Source: Hemiscyllium ocellatum (taxonomy: Eukaryota). From it: DNA of 64,000 nt. The DNA lies in NCBI RefSeq assembly GCF_020745735.1, contig NC_083425.1:19021575-19085574 (forward strand), given 5' to 3'. Numbering within the stretch: position 1 is the stretch's first letter; every line of letters begins with the position of its first letter. Under the pieces are notes generated by a model that saw only the letters and a list, made by a program, of their open reading frames with translations, did not search any database and had not been told where the DNA came from. This document shows, piece after piece, positions 12,001 through 24,189 of the stretch. A program made the position numbers and the translations under genes.

Positions 12001-13346
12001 AGAGTCATACAGTTGTGCAGCACAGAAACAGGCCCTTCTCTCTGACATGTCCACGCTGACCAGATATCCTAAATTAATCCAGTCCTATTTGCCAGCATTT
12101 GGCCCATATCCTTCTCAACCTTTTCGATTCATATACCCATCCAAATGCCTTTTAAGAGTCATAATTGTACCAGTCTCCATCATTCCTTTATTGGTCAGAG
12201 CATTGAGTATTGGAGTTGGGAGGTCATGTTACAGCTGTACAGGACATTAGTTAGGCCACTTTTGGAATATTGTGTGCAATTCTGGTCTCCTTCCCATTGC
12301 CTGGCAGCATCTGTGCAGAGAAATCAGAGTTAATCCAGCGACCCTTCCTCAGAACTGCTGGTAGCTAGGAATTTGGTTTTTTTATGCAGGAGATTTAGAG
12401 TGTGGGGGAGGGTGTAAGAAGTTAACAAAGTAAACTTGTTAATTCTATTTTGGCTGAACTCCAATTCCAAACATTTTTAACAATTACAAACAGCAAGGAA
12501 GTTGTGAAACTTGAAAGGGTTCAGAAAAGATTGACAAGGATATTGCCAGGAGCTAAGGGGCAACTTTTTCATGCAAAGGGTGGTGCAAGTATAGAATGAG
12601 CTGCCAGAGGAAGTGATGGAGGCTGGTACAATGACAACATTTAAAAGGCATCTGGATGGGTATATGAATAGGAAGGGTTAAAGGGATATGGGCCAAATGC
12701 TGGTAAATGGGACTAGGTTAAGTTAGGCCATCTGGCCAGTGGGGATAAGTTGGACTGATGGGCCTGTTTCCATGTTGTACATCACGATGACTACAACAGC
12801 AAATATGATATTGACCAGATAATCTGTTTTGTTGTGTTCCTTAAACACCCGACTCCTGGAGAAAGAATGCCTCATATTCTGCCTCAGGACACCCCCAACC
12901 CCATGGCATCAATGTGAATTTCACTAGTTTCCTCATTTCCCCTCCCCCATCTCAGCACTGCCCTCATGACCTGTCCCACCTGTCCATCTTCCTTCCCACC
13001 TCTCCGTTCCAGCCTCCCCTCCAACCTATCACCATTACCCCCACCTTCATCCACCTATTGCACTCTCAACTACCTTCCTCCCAGTCCCACACTCCTCCCA
13101 TTTATCTCTCCATCCCCGAGGCACCCAGCCTCATTCCTGATGAAGGACTTTTGCCCAAAATGTTGGTTTTCCTGCTCCTCAGATGCCACCTGACCTGCTG
13201 TGCTTTTCCAGCTCCACACTCTCGACCTTAGCAATTCACTCTATCTGTGCCCCTCATGATTTTATAAACCTTCGTAGGGTCACCCCTCAGCCTCTGAAGC
13301 TCCAGGGAGAATAGCCCAGTCTATTCAGCCTCCCCCTATAGCTCAA
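12001..13346. mobile_element. Mosaic of CR1 (both strands), PLE and Deu-SINE fragments
   Basis: CR1 tail (-) 12001-12180; CR1 (+) 12185-12292 and 12495-12793; PLE end 12300-12420; Deu piece 12794-12838; PLE (+) 12855-13225; CR1 (-) 13240-13346. Confidence 0.75.
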
Positions 13347-13499
13347 TTTGAGAAATCCAGACTTTTTAAACAAAACCTAAATTTCATTTTAATGCAAACA
13401 AAAAATGTCTTTACATCAAACTGTGTTTCGTGCAGAAGGCTATTAAAGAATGCCACTTAGCACTGGTGGAACAGAAATACTTGTTAATTCTGAATTAAA

Positions 13500-13710
13500 A
13501 CTGAAAGAACTGTAGATGATGTAAATCAGAAAAAAAAACATAAATTGCTGGAAAAGCTCAGCAGATCTGGCAGCATCTGTGGAGAGAAATCACAGTTTAC
13601 ATTTTGGGTGCAGTGACCCTTCCTCAGATCTGATGATAGCGGGGAAGATGTTTTTTTCTCTCTATGCAGGAGATAGAGTGTGGGGGGGGGGGGGGTTAAG
13701 GAGTAAACGA
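13500..13710 (-). mobile_element. PLE terminal fragment
   Basis: TTGCTGGAAAAGCTCAGCAGATCTGGCAGCATCTGTGGAGAG and a decayed hammerhead. Confidence 0.7.
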
Positions 13711-13939
13711 AATAAACGTGTTAATTCTCTTGTGGTTGAACTCCAATTTCAAACAGGTTTAACGTTTTCAGTTCTGTTTAAAGCTGACGTTTCGGTCTAA
13801 ATGATTTTTTTTGGCCAACACGGTCATGTTAATTCTGTTACTTACAATACTTCCCAACTTGTTCTAATTCAGTGCATCTGAAGGATAAACATGAATGTAG
13901 GAGTTGTTTTCATTTCCAGAGGAATTAAAATCCACCGAC

Positions 13940-14830
13940 AAAATTTCTTTGCGTTGGAGTGACTCTGCGTGCAAATTCATTTACAACGAAATAATTCACT
14001 GTAACAATGGACAAAAGGATTTTATACAATCGCAATCGCTGACAGCAACAACTTTTGGTCTTTTTTCTCTCTGCTCATTTAGAGGAGGCGTTAACCTCTC
14101 AAATTGGGGCACCACCCCTTCCACAATAGAAGAGGGAGGAATTTCAGGTGAAACCATGAAGCATCATTGACGACTGTCTCAGCATCATTTTCAGACTCAT
14201 GCTTTCGTTCACAATAAACCCACTTCAAATCGTTTTCTGCTAACTCACATCTCCGATTGTACGTGTACATTTCAGCAAAGACGAACATTTTGCATTACGA
14301 TTGCGGAAAGAACAATGTAAAGGTTTGCTTGAGACAAGGGCGCAGGCAGGGAAAGATCAAAGTTGGAAGTTTTGCTTTCACTGCCGCCGCCGCCATCGAT
14401 TTGGAAATTTGTCTTTAATGTCACGGCGGGCATGTCGATTCGTCACCAGGTAGAGGGTTTAATTGCCTGATTGTGGATTGAAGTGCTTTCTACGAGCTAG
14501 CTGGCCCCGGATTGTGGAAGAAGGGAAGTATTGTTTGAAAGGGCCCCTTGTTTCAAGTGCGTGCGAAGCAGGCTGCGCTCTCTGTCCCCCCGCCCACTCA
14601 GTGAAACCGCAGGCCGCTCGACTGCACCTTTCCTTGGGACAGTAAACAAGCCTTCTCCGCACGCAATCTCACCTCATGCATTCCCAGCCTGTGACTCAAT
14701 CGGACCCGGAACACCAGCAACACGCAACAGAAATCACCTCCCTCCTGCTTTTTTCCTCCTTTTTTTTAATCTTTCGTTTCTCTCTTTGATCTCTGCCTGT
14801 TGTAACCAAACCGTAACAGTGAGCAGTGCA
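13940..14830. promoter_or_regulatory. CpG-retaining unique segment (CpG-island-like promoter or enhancer candidate)
   Basis: Many CpGs outside any recognised repeat, in a CpG-depleted window. GCCGCCGCCGCCAT (YY1-like), GC-box CCCCGCCC, AACAAT Sox-like sites and TGACTCA AP-1. Confidence 0.5.
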
Positions 14831-15062
14831 GACTGGTTGTAACACTATAAGCACCAATCTCAGAGACCTTGCTGCTCAGTACATCTTCTCAAGTTCCCAA
14901 TCGTGGCTTTTAAGTTTCTGTTGCTGTTGTCACGTGTATGGAGATATAGTGTGAAATGTAGTTTTGTGTGCTGTATAGGCAAATGGATCCATACAAAGTA
15001 CATCAGGGTAACAGGCCAGAGTGTGGAATACAGTATTACAGCCGCAGAGAGAGAGAGATGTT

Positions 15063-15353
15063 GAGATTCCCTACAGTATGGAAACAGGCCCTTCGGCCCA
15101 GCAAGTCCACACCGACCCTCCAGAGAGAGACTCACTTCCCTCTGACTAATGCACCTAACACTATGGGCAATTTAGCCTGGCCAATTCACCTGACCTGCAC
15201 ATCTTTAAAATGTGGGAGGAAACCAGAGCAAGCCCACACAGACACAGGGAGAATGTCCAAACTCCACACAGACAGTCGCCCAATGCTAGAATCGAACCTG
15301 GTTCCCTGGTACTATGAGGCAGCAGTGCTAACCACTGAACCACCGTGTCACCC
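15063..15353 (-). mobile_element. HE1 V-SINE
   Basis: tRNA-like head with A/B boxes, V-domain CTGTGTGGAGTTTG..TCCTCCCACA, and HER1-type tail. Confidence 0.9.
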
Positions 15354-16062
15354 ATGATCAGAAGTAACATTTGAGAGGTCGGTTCAAAAGTCTTATAACA
15401 GCAGGAAAGAAGTTGTTCATGAATTTGGTCATACGTATAATCAAACTTTTATATTTTCTGCCCAACGGAAAGGATGGAAGAGAGTATAACTGGAGTGGGG
15501 GGGGAGGAGGGGGGATCTTTTATTCTGTTGGTTGTTTTTCCGGGGCATCAGGAAATATAGGTGGAGTCAGTGGATGGAAGGCTGGTTTGTGTGATGGACT
15601 GGGCTGTATTCATGACTGTGTAGCTTCTTGCAGTCTTGGGAAGACCAGGATGCTTTCTATGGTGCATCTGTAAAAAAATCGGTCAGTCCTTGTAGACATG
15701 CTGAATTTCCCGAGCCTCCTGAGGAAGTAGAGACATTGTTGCGTTTTTTTGACAGTTGCATCTACATGTGGGCCAGGACAGGCTGTTGATGATCATTTCT
15801 CCCCTTCCGCCCCCCAGGAATGACGCTCTCCACCATCTCTACTTCAGCACCATTAACACAGACAGGGCGTGCCCTCCATTCCACTTCCTGACATTTTGCT
15901 GACATCTATGGAGAGATTGTCAACTTTACATCATGCCACTAAGCACTCAGTCTCTTGCCTGTATTCTGCTTCATCGTTATTTGAGACCTGACCTACAACG
16001 GCGGTGTTGTCAGCAAACTTATAAACGGAGTTGGGGTGAATTTAGCCACACATTCATGATTG

Positions 16063-16284
16063 GGCGAAAGTGAGGACTGCAAATGCTGGAGATCAGAGTC
16101 TAGATTAGCTTGGTGCTGGAAAAGCACAGCAGGTCAGGCAACATCCGAAGAGCAGGAAAATTGACGTTTTGGGTAAAAGCCTTTCATCAGGCCTGATGAA
16201 GGGCTTTTGCCCGAAATGTCAATTTTCCCAGCTCTTTAGATGCTGCCTGACCTGCTGTGCTTTTCCAGCACCACTCTAATCGAG
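16063..16284. mobile_element. Fold-back PLE-terminal element with ~15-bp TSD
   Basis: Arms of ~94 bp inverted about CATCAGG|CCTGATG (16191/16192). TSD ACACATTC(A/C)TGATTG at 16048-16062 and 16285-16299. Confidence 0.85.
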
Positions 16285-17257
16285 ACACATTCCTGATTGT
16301 ATAAGGAGTATAGTAGGGAATGAATACCCAGTCTTGCCAGGCATCGGTGTTGAGGATTGGTGGAGGAGGTGTTGTTCCCTATTCTCACGGATTGTGGTCT
16401 ATGGGTCGGGACGTTAAGATACAGTTACAGAGACAGGAGCTGAGACCTCGGTCTTGGAGTTGAGCTTGTTTGGAATTATGGTGTTTAAGGTAGAGCTGTA
16501 GTCAATAAGTAGGAACCTGACATAGGTTATCTAAATGTTCCAGGGATGCGAGTAGTGCCAGGGAGGTGGAGTCTGCTATGGATCTATTTCACAAGTAGGT
16601 GAATTGTAAAGGATCAAGGCAATTTGGTAGGCTGGAGTTGATGTCAACCTCATGAAGCACTGCGTAACTAGGGAGGTAAGAGCCACAGGGTGGCAGTCAT
16701 TGAGGCACGCTGCATGATTTTTCTTTAGCATTGGGATGATGGTGGTCTTCTTGAAGGTGGTGGGGATTTAAGTTTGTAGGACGGAGAGGTTAAAGACGTC
16801 TGCAAATACTCCCACCAGCTGGTCCAATAAGGATCAGAGTCCACGGCTGGGGACTCCAGCCGAGCCAAATGCTTTCCTTGTGTTCACCCTCAAAGGCTGA
16901 TCTGACATCTGTGGCAGTGACTGTTAGGTATAGGTACATCTGAGACTGGTGGGTTGGGTAATATTGTTTCACTGCCCTTCTGTTCAAAATGAGTGCAGAA
17001 TATATTGAGTTCATCAGTAGGAAAATATTGTGGCCCATGATTCTGTTTGAAATAAAAATCATTACATAACTATAGTTGAGGAAAAGATTAAAGGCATTGA
17101 GAATATTCAAAAATTACAAATCTTTTTATTCATTCATAGAATGTGGGCAATGAAGATGGCACTTTAATGGTGCTAACATTACTTGCCACTTATTAGCTTG
17201 AATGCTAAACAGGATTTGGACACAGATTGCTTCAGTATCTGAAAAGTTGCAGATGAT

Positions 17258-17585
17258 CATAGAGTCAAAAAGTAATAGAGTCACACAGCACAGAATCACA
17301 GCCTTTGGTCCAACCTGTCCATACCAATCAAGTTTCCCAAACTAAACTGGTTCCATTCGCCTTCCTTTGGCACATAGCCCTCTAAACCTTTCCTATTCAT
17401 GCACCTATCTTTTAAATGTTGTAACTGTACCTGCATCTACCACTTCCTCTGGCAGTTCATTCCACATTTGAACCACTCTTTGTGTGAAAATGTTGCCTCT
17501 CAGGTCCCTGTTAAGTCTTTCTCCTCTCACCTTAAAAATATGCCCTCTAAATTTTAACTCCCCTAACCTTCGCTTATCTATGTCC
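17258..17585 (-). mobile_element. CR1/HER1 3' fragment
   Basis: RGHIFKVRGER..DLRGNIFTQRVVQMWNELPEEVV. Confidence 0.88.
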
Positions 17586-17589
17586 CTGA

Positions 17590-19650
17590 ACATTGTGCAA
17601 TCATCAACAAACATTCCCACTTCTTACAATGGAGAGAAGGTGTTTCGTGAAACAGCTGAAGATGGTTGCACCTAGGGTACTAATCTGAGAAACCCTTGCG
17701 GAGATGTCCTGGAACTGTGATGATTAACCTCAAAATACCACCTCACTTTGTTCTAGTTATGACAACCAACCAGTGGAGAGTGTTCCCCCGATTTTCATTG
17801 ATTGAACTTTTAAAAGATTTCTTGATGCCACACTGAGTCAAATGTTACTTTAGTGACAAAGGCAGTCAACCTATTTCCTCTCTTGAGTTCAACATTTTTG
17901 TCTATGTTGGAACCAAGTCTGTAATGAATTCAGTGGCTGATGTGGAACCCAAACTAAGCACCAGTGATCAGGTTATTGTTTAATAAGTGTCAGCACTTTT
18001 GAAGTTACCTTCCAACATTCTGCTGTTGATCGAGAATAGAATGATGAGGTGATAATGACTGAACCGGATATGTCCTTTTGAGTACAGGACATACTGGGCA
18101 ATTTTTCATACTGCCAGGTTAATGCCAATGCTCTAACTTTAATGGAACAGCTTAGTTAAGAAAATGTGTTAAGTACTTTTGCCAGAAGTTTGTTAGGACT
18201 TGGTCTTTGCAATATCCAATACTTTCACCCATTTCTTGGTGTCAGATGGAGTGAGTCAAGTTGAGTGAAGTCTGGCATCCGTGATACTGAGGACCTCAGA
18301 TAGAGGCCAAGATAGATAATCTACTCAACATTTATGGCTGAGCATGTTTGCAAATGCTTCAGCCTTGTTTTTTGCATTGGTGTTCTGGCATCCTCCATTA
18401 TTGAGGATGGAAATTTTGTGAAGCCTCTTCCAGTTAGTTCTTTAACTGTACACCTCTGTTTGTGACAGGATGTTACAGGGATACAAAGCTTTTACGCCCT
18501 TGCCACCCTCTGTGTCCCCTCCAGGTAGTATTCAACCTGTAAGGGAACTGTCTGATCAGCTGATGGTATGGTAAGAGGTGAAAATCAGCACAAATTTTTC
18601 TTGTCCATGTTTGACCTAATGCCATGAGATTTCATGGGTCTGAAGTCAATGTGGAGGATTCCCAGAGCATCTGGCAACTCTCTCCTGACTGTCGAGTATT
18701 GTGCTGCCATCTCTAATTGGTGGGACAGAACATACCCAGGGATGGTGATGATACTGTATTGGATATTGTCATATTTTTGGAACCATACCTGACAGATAAT
18801 GTCAGGTCCATGATATTGCTCTCCCAATTTTGACACCAGCCTCCAGATGCTAGTACGGGTATCTTTTCAGAGTTGACATGTCTGTTTGAGCCATTGTCAT
18901 TTCTAGTGCTCAGTCAATGCTAGAGTCAGTCTGATTTCGTTTCTTTTAGTGGACCTTGTACTGCTTTGATACAATTGAATGGCTTTCAGTGCCATTTCAG
19001 AGGCAGTTAAGAGTCAACATAGCTGAGGATCTGGATATATATGGCCCAGACCATTGGCAGTTTTCATTCCGTTAAAGGGCATTACTGAACCAGAAGGTTT
19101 TTACAACTCGTGACAATGGTTTTGAGGTCACAATGGACTCATTTTAAATTCCAAATTTATTACCAAAGCTTCCAAAAACGGGTGAATTAATTGAATTGAA
19201 TTGATTAAAATAGTTAGATGGTTGTTTTTGATTGGAATGAAGGGCCTTTCTCTGTACTCTTTCTATGCCTCCAATACTCTAATTCAGTTCTGATCTAGTT
19301 GCTGTGGTGGAATTCAAACCCATGTAACCAGAGGAACATTCACTTAGAACTGAAATGTGAATGAATGTCTTATTTCAGAGTCGCGATTAACTGGAATTCT
19401 TACCCTCGTGAGCTATGGAGGCTACATCACTGGAAGTATTTAAAGAGGGGGGTTAGATATATTTCTGAAATATTGAGGAGTTCAGAAGTGAAGCTAGCAC
19501 AGAAGAAGAGATGAAATCGGAGGTAGATCAACTATGACCTGAAGGAATGACAGGGCAAATTTGAGGAGTGGAATGGTCTCCTCCTGCTCCTTTTAAAAAT
19601 TGTATTATTGTCTTATTAGCCTGGATTACTGGTCCAGTAACAGTACGCTA
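17590..19650 (-). mobile_element. Old CR1/L2-group LINE with tRNA-like 5' head, heavily deleted
   Basis: GMFVDDCTMF RT motif at ~17590-17620; APE N-terminus at ~18700-18860; head segments at 18960-19340 and 19615-19650. Homologous to 55440-56290. Confidence 0.6.
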
Positions 19651-21439
19651 GATCATTGTTTACTCCCAAGTTTTTAAAATACTGGACTTTCAATTTATTC
19701 CAGAATGACTAGAATGGGTTGCACAAAGAGCAATTCAATAAAAGTTTAAGGGAACAGAGTATTCCTTTATTTTAAGCATTCTTTGACTAGATTTAGGTTT
19801 AAATGTTTCCATGGCCTCAAAACATTTGTGCAATGAAGTCTGCTTCCAACGATCTTCAATAAGATTATTTCATCCTGCAATTTGTTTTTTTATGGCTGCC
19901 CCAAGGTATGATACTTGCAATGCAGTTTAATCCTTAGTGACATTGTTTTCCTTTTGAAAGGAGTGTGGTGGAGCAAAGGTAGATGTTCACCAGAGAAAAT
20001 GAGAAGATAAGTCTCCCTACATTTTCTCTGTATATCACTAATAGAATGGTATTCACAGCTGTTACTTGAATCAGGGAAGAAGTATATTTTTCAAAATAGC
20101 AAAAAAGGAAAAAAATGCACATTAAGCTTTTTTCTCCAGCCTGAAGTAGGCTGAGTTGAAAATGTGAAAATGTATTCATCATTTGTTCCCAATTTCTTTT
20201 AAGAGTTATGCATCATTCCAATATTTTTCTTTAACATATAACCAAGTCTTTATTATTCCTTCTCTCTTCTTTCCAAACAGACCTGAGTGCAATTTTGCAT
20301 TCTCTCAGGTTACCTATACATAGGGTCACCCTAAAATGAAAATTTGTTCTCCCCCCGAGTGTTCTAGGAATTTTGATGATATGTAACTTGTTCATTCATT
20401 ATTGGAACATCACAGTATATCAGATACATCACAGTATCTTCTGCATCTTATCTTCTTCAATTTCTGTGTTCAATTTATGCATTGAATAAGTCTGCATACA
20501 TTTTGTTGGTTCAATTCATGCAGTTTAATCAAAGATCTTTGGAAGCTGGGAAGTAGTCTCAATTCACCAAATAATCTTCAAAAAAATCCCAACCATAAGA
20601 GGCACTGTAGGAAAGAATAAGAATAATTGCCTGGCATTTCCTGCCCTTATAAGCTTAAGGTTGGCTCATGCAAGTGGTCTAAAGTTCAATTTCCATCACA
20701 TTTTTTTCCTCATTTTGCAAATTGAAAGTGACCATTAAAGATTATAAACAATACAAGACAATCACTGTAAAACAACCATAGTTAATATTGATCTGCACTT
20801 GAATATGTTAGTTGGCTCTTGGCTTATCTGAGTGCTAGGAAAAATATTAGGTTGGTGTGGGAGAATTTTGAAGGTACAGTGTAATTGAATGTGCAGTAGC
20901 TGACACACACACACACACACTCCTGATCCTTTCTTCTTTCTCATGGCCATGAGAACCTTGACAAATATTTAGAAGGCACAGTAGATAGGGAGAGACTTTT
21001 CCCATTCACGGAGAGAATTAGTAACCAATGGGCACAGTTTTAAGTTACAGACCATGAGCTTCCCAGGGGATTTGAGGGCTTTTATTCATCCAAAAGGTTG
21101 AGGGTATCTGGAACTCACTGCCTGAAAGAACAGTAGAGGCAGGAACCCTCAAGATATTTAAGAAGGGTTCAGATGAACACTTGAAATGCCACAGCATTCA
21201 AGTGCTGGAAAATGGTTCGAATAGATGGTGAAAAGGAGTAAGAATAGAGGCAGAGATAGAGCGCAGAGAGGGAGAAATACAGTTAGGGAGACAAAACGAT
21301 AGATCATAAATGCTCAGGAGAAAGGAAAGCTGATAATAGGTAGGCAAAAGAAAAATGTGGTGGCTGGTTAGCTCAGATGATTAGAACATGGTGTTGTTAC
21401 TGCTGAGCTCATGGGTTCAGTTCACAAAGGTTCAAAAAG

Positions 21440-21880
21440 CTGTTCCCAACCGCTTTAAATACAAGCTTCCAGTTACCTGCCACTTCAACACACCACTGTG
21501 TTCCCTAGCTAACATTTCTGTCTCAGGCCTGCTGCAATGCTTCAGCCCAAGTTGGAAGAACAGCATCTCATTTTTTGCTTCGAGACGCTGTAGCATTCAG
21601 GACTCAATATTGGATTAAATAATTTTAGAATCGTAGAAGTTTAGAATATCCTTTACGTACCCTCACACCCCAGACCCTGTACTAACATAGGCTACTTTCA
21701 GCACAGCCAATCCATTAACTTTTCCTTACCCTGATCATACCAATATCCATCCCTTTGTCTCCTTAAGTGCTATTCTCTCTCTCTTGGCTCCATCTCTGTC
21801 AGTCCTCTCATTCTCTTTCCCTCCCCAATCCTTGTCTTCTGGACACACCTTTACTTAGATTCCATCATTTCTGAAAATCT
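21440..21880 (+). mobile_element. Old PLE 3' remnant
   Basis: Degenerate LPVTCHFNT..SVSGLLQC..LEEQHLIF. Confidence 0.65.
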
Positions 21881-22059
21881 CTGCTTTCTCTCCTTTGAAC
21901 CTGCACTCCAAGGTCTCTTTGTTCAGCAACACTCCCTAGGACCTCACCATTAAGTGTATAAGTCCTGCTAAGATTTGCTTTCCCAAAATACAACACCTCA
22001 CGTTTATCTAAATTGGGAACTCCATCTGCCACTCCTCAGCACGTTGGCTCATCTGATCA

Positions 22060-22670
22060 CACACACACACACACGACCCCCAACCTAGAAAGACAGAAAC
22101 ACACACACACACACACACACACAAAGACCCACATGCACACATATATTTTGTGGGGTGCATTTGTACTTGTAGGGTTACATTGTACTTTGCTCAAAAACTG
22201 CATGCATTCATGTAGAACTCTGAGCTCAAAAACTGCATGAATTAATGTAAAACTCTGTTATCTCATTTTTTAGATTAGAATCAATCTAAACATCATGGCA
22301 TAGACAGAGAACAAAGGGGGCCAACACTTTCAACATATTGTCCAGCTATCACCATTGTTAACAGCTAATCTGAGAGTGCGACTTTTATAAAAGGTTTTGT
22401 GATTTACACATGAAAGAAGTGAAACAATCATGGTATTCAAACAGATGAAAGACTTAACAGACAATCAATTTTTCAATGTATAATTTCAGTTACATCACAC
22501 TATAAATTTTTGCTATAAATTCTGTATGTTAGGATTGAGCCCTCCACTACCACCTGAAGGAGAGATGCTCCAAAAGCTAGTGTGCTTCCAATTAAACCTG
22601 TTGGACTATAACCTGGTGTTGTGTGATTTTTAACTTTGTACACCCCAGTCCAACACCGGCATCTCCAAAT
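22060..22670 (+). mobile_element. PLE-associated 3' repeat with (CA)n tracts
   Basis: Ends AAACCTGTTGGACTATAACCTGGTGTTGTGTGATTTTTAAC, as at ~28050 and ~50860. Decayed GGAGC/GCTCC hammerhead. Confidence 0.6.
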
Positions 22671-22684
22671 CTCAATTTCTTAAG

Positions 22685-23410
22685 TTATCCAGCATTCCCT
22701 ATACCTACCAGCCTTTCCCTTCACCCTAACAGGAATATACTGTCTCTGGACTCTCATCTCATTTCTGAAGGCTTCCCATTTTCTAGCCATCCCTTTACCT
22801 GCAAACATCTGCCCCAATCAGCTTTTGAATGTTCTTGTCTAATTCCGTCAAAATTGGCTTTTCTTCAATTTAGAACTTCAATTTTTAGATGTGGTCTATA
22901 CTTTTGCATCACTATTTTAAAACTAATAGAATTATGGTTTCTGGCCCCAGAGTGCTCCCCTACTGACGCCTCAGTTACCTGCTCTGTCTTATCTCTCAAG
23001 AGTAGGTCAAGGTTTGCACCTTCTCTGCTTAGTAGATCCACATACTGAATCAGAAAATGTTCTTGTTCACAATTAACAAATTGCTCTCCATCTAAATCCT
23101 TAACACTATGACAGTCCCAGTCTATGTTTGGAAAGTTAAAATCCCCTCCCACAACCACCCTATTATTCTTACAGATAACTGAGCTCTCCGTAAAACTTTG
23201 TTTCTCAATTTCCCTCTGATTATAATACAATCCTAATACGGTGATCATCCCTTTCTTATTTCTCAGTTCCACCCAAATAACTTCCCTGGATGTATTTCCA
23301 GGAATATCTTCCCTCAGTACAGCTGTAATGCTATCCCTTATCAAAAATACCACTCCAGCTCCTCCCTTTCCATCCTTCCTGAAGCATTTGTTTGCTGGAA
23401 CATTAATGTG
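22685..23410 (-). pseudogene. CR1 ORF2 APE endonuclease fragment
   Basis: ORF 22865-23431: GGAGVVFLIR, EVIWVEL, VVGGDFNFPNIDW, LDLLL. Overlaps the part of the element seen at 62610-62940. Confidence 0.9.
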
Positions 23411-23566
23411 TAAGAACTTCTGCCACCGCAAATCCTTGTTACGTTTTGTGGTGAAAGTAGCGAGGGTTACAAGGAAGGTGAAATATCATTAGAAGCTTGT
23501 GCACATTGTGGATATCATCGTTGTAACTGATCTGTTTGCCCAACACTTCCCTGCATACAAGGTAAC

Positions 23567-23861
23567 TAGATTAGATTCCCCGACAATGTGGGAACAGGCC
23601 CTTTGGCCCAACAAGTTCACACCGACCCGCCGAAGAGTAAACCACCCAGATCCATTTCCCTCTGCTAATGCACCTAACACTATGGGCAATTTAGCATGGC
23701 TAATTCACCTGACCTGCACATCTTTGTACTGTGGGAGGAAACCCATGCAGACATGGAGAGAAAGTGCAAACTCCACACAGATAGTCACCCGAGGCTGGAA
23801 TCGAACCTGGGTCCCTAGTGCTGTGAGGCAGCAGTGCTAACCACTGAGCCACCATGGCACC
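23567..23861 (-). mobile_element. HE1 V-SINE
   Basis: Full head, V-domain and (AATCT)n-type tail. Confidence 0.9.
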
Positions 23862-23996
23862 ACTTGTGGTTTCTTCATTCATTTGTTCAGAGGATGGGAG
23901 CACCACTGGCTCAGCCAGCATTTATTTCCCCACCCCTAATTGTCCTCAGGAAGGTGGTGGTGAGCTGCCTTCCTTAACCATTGCAGTTCATTTAAG

Positions 23997-24187
23997 CAAA
24001 GTTAAAAATCACGACACCAGGTTATTATAGTCCTACTGGTTTATTTGGAAGCACAAGCATTTGGTTCGCTACTCCTTCATAAAGTAGCTAGCTTGTATTT
24101 CCAATTAAACATATTGGACTATAACCAGGTGTTGTGTGAATTTTGAACTTTGACCACTCCAGGCCAACATCGGCACCTCCACATCAT
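23997..24187. mobile_element. Fold-back of the second PLE-terminal family
   Basis: AAAGTTAAAAATCAC..CACCAGGTTA..TAGTCC versus GGACTATAACCAGGTGTTGTGTGA..AACTTT. Confidence 0.7.
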
Positions 24188-24189
24188 CT

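Larger units (their letters stand above)
14920..16920 (-). mobile_element. Rex1/Babar-like LINE remnant, interrupted by HE1 and a hairpin element
   Basis: Minus strand encodes degenerate LLYSLY...CVAKF...YKFADNTAVVG around 15990-16320. Confidence 0.65.

Noticed and set aside
21355-21430. tRNA-like sequence
   Set aside because: Degenerate SINE head without a complete cloverleaf; no true tRNA gene was seen in the window.
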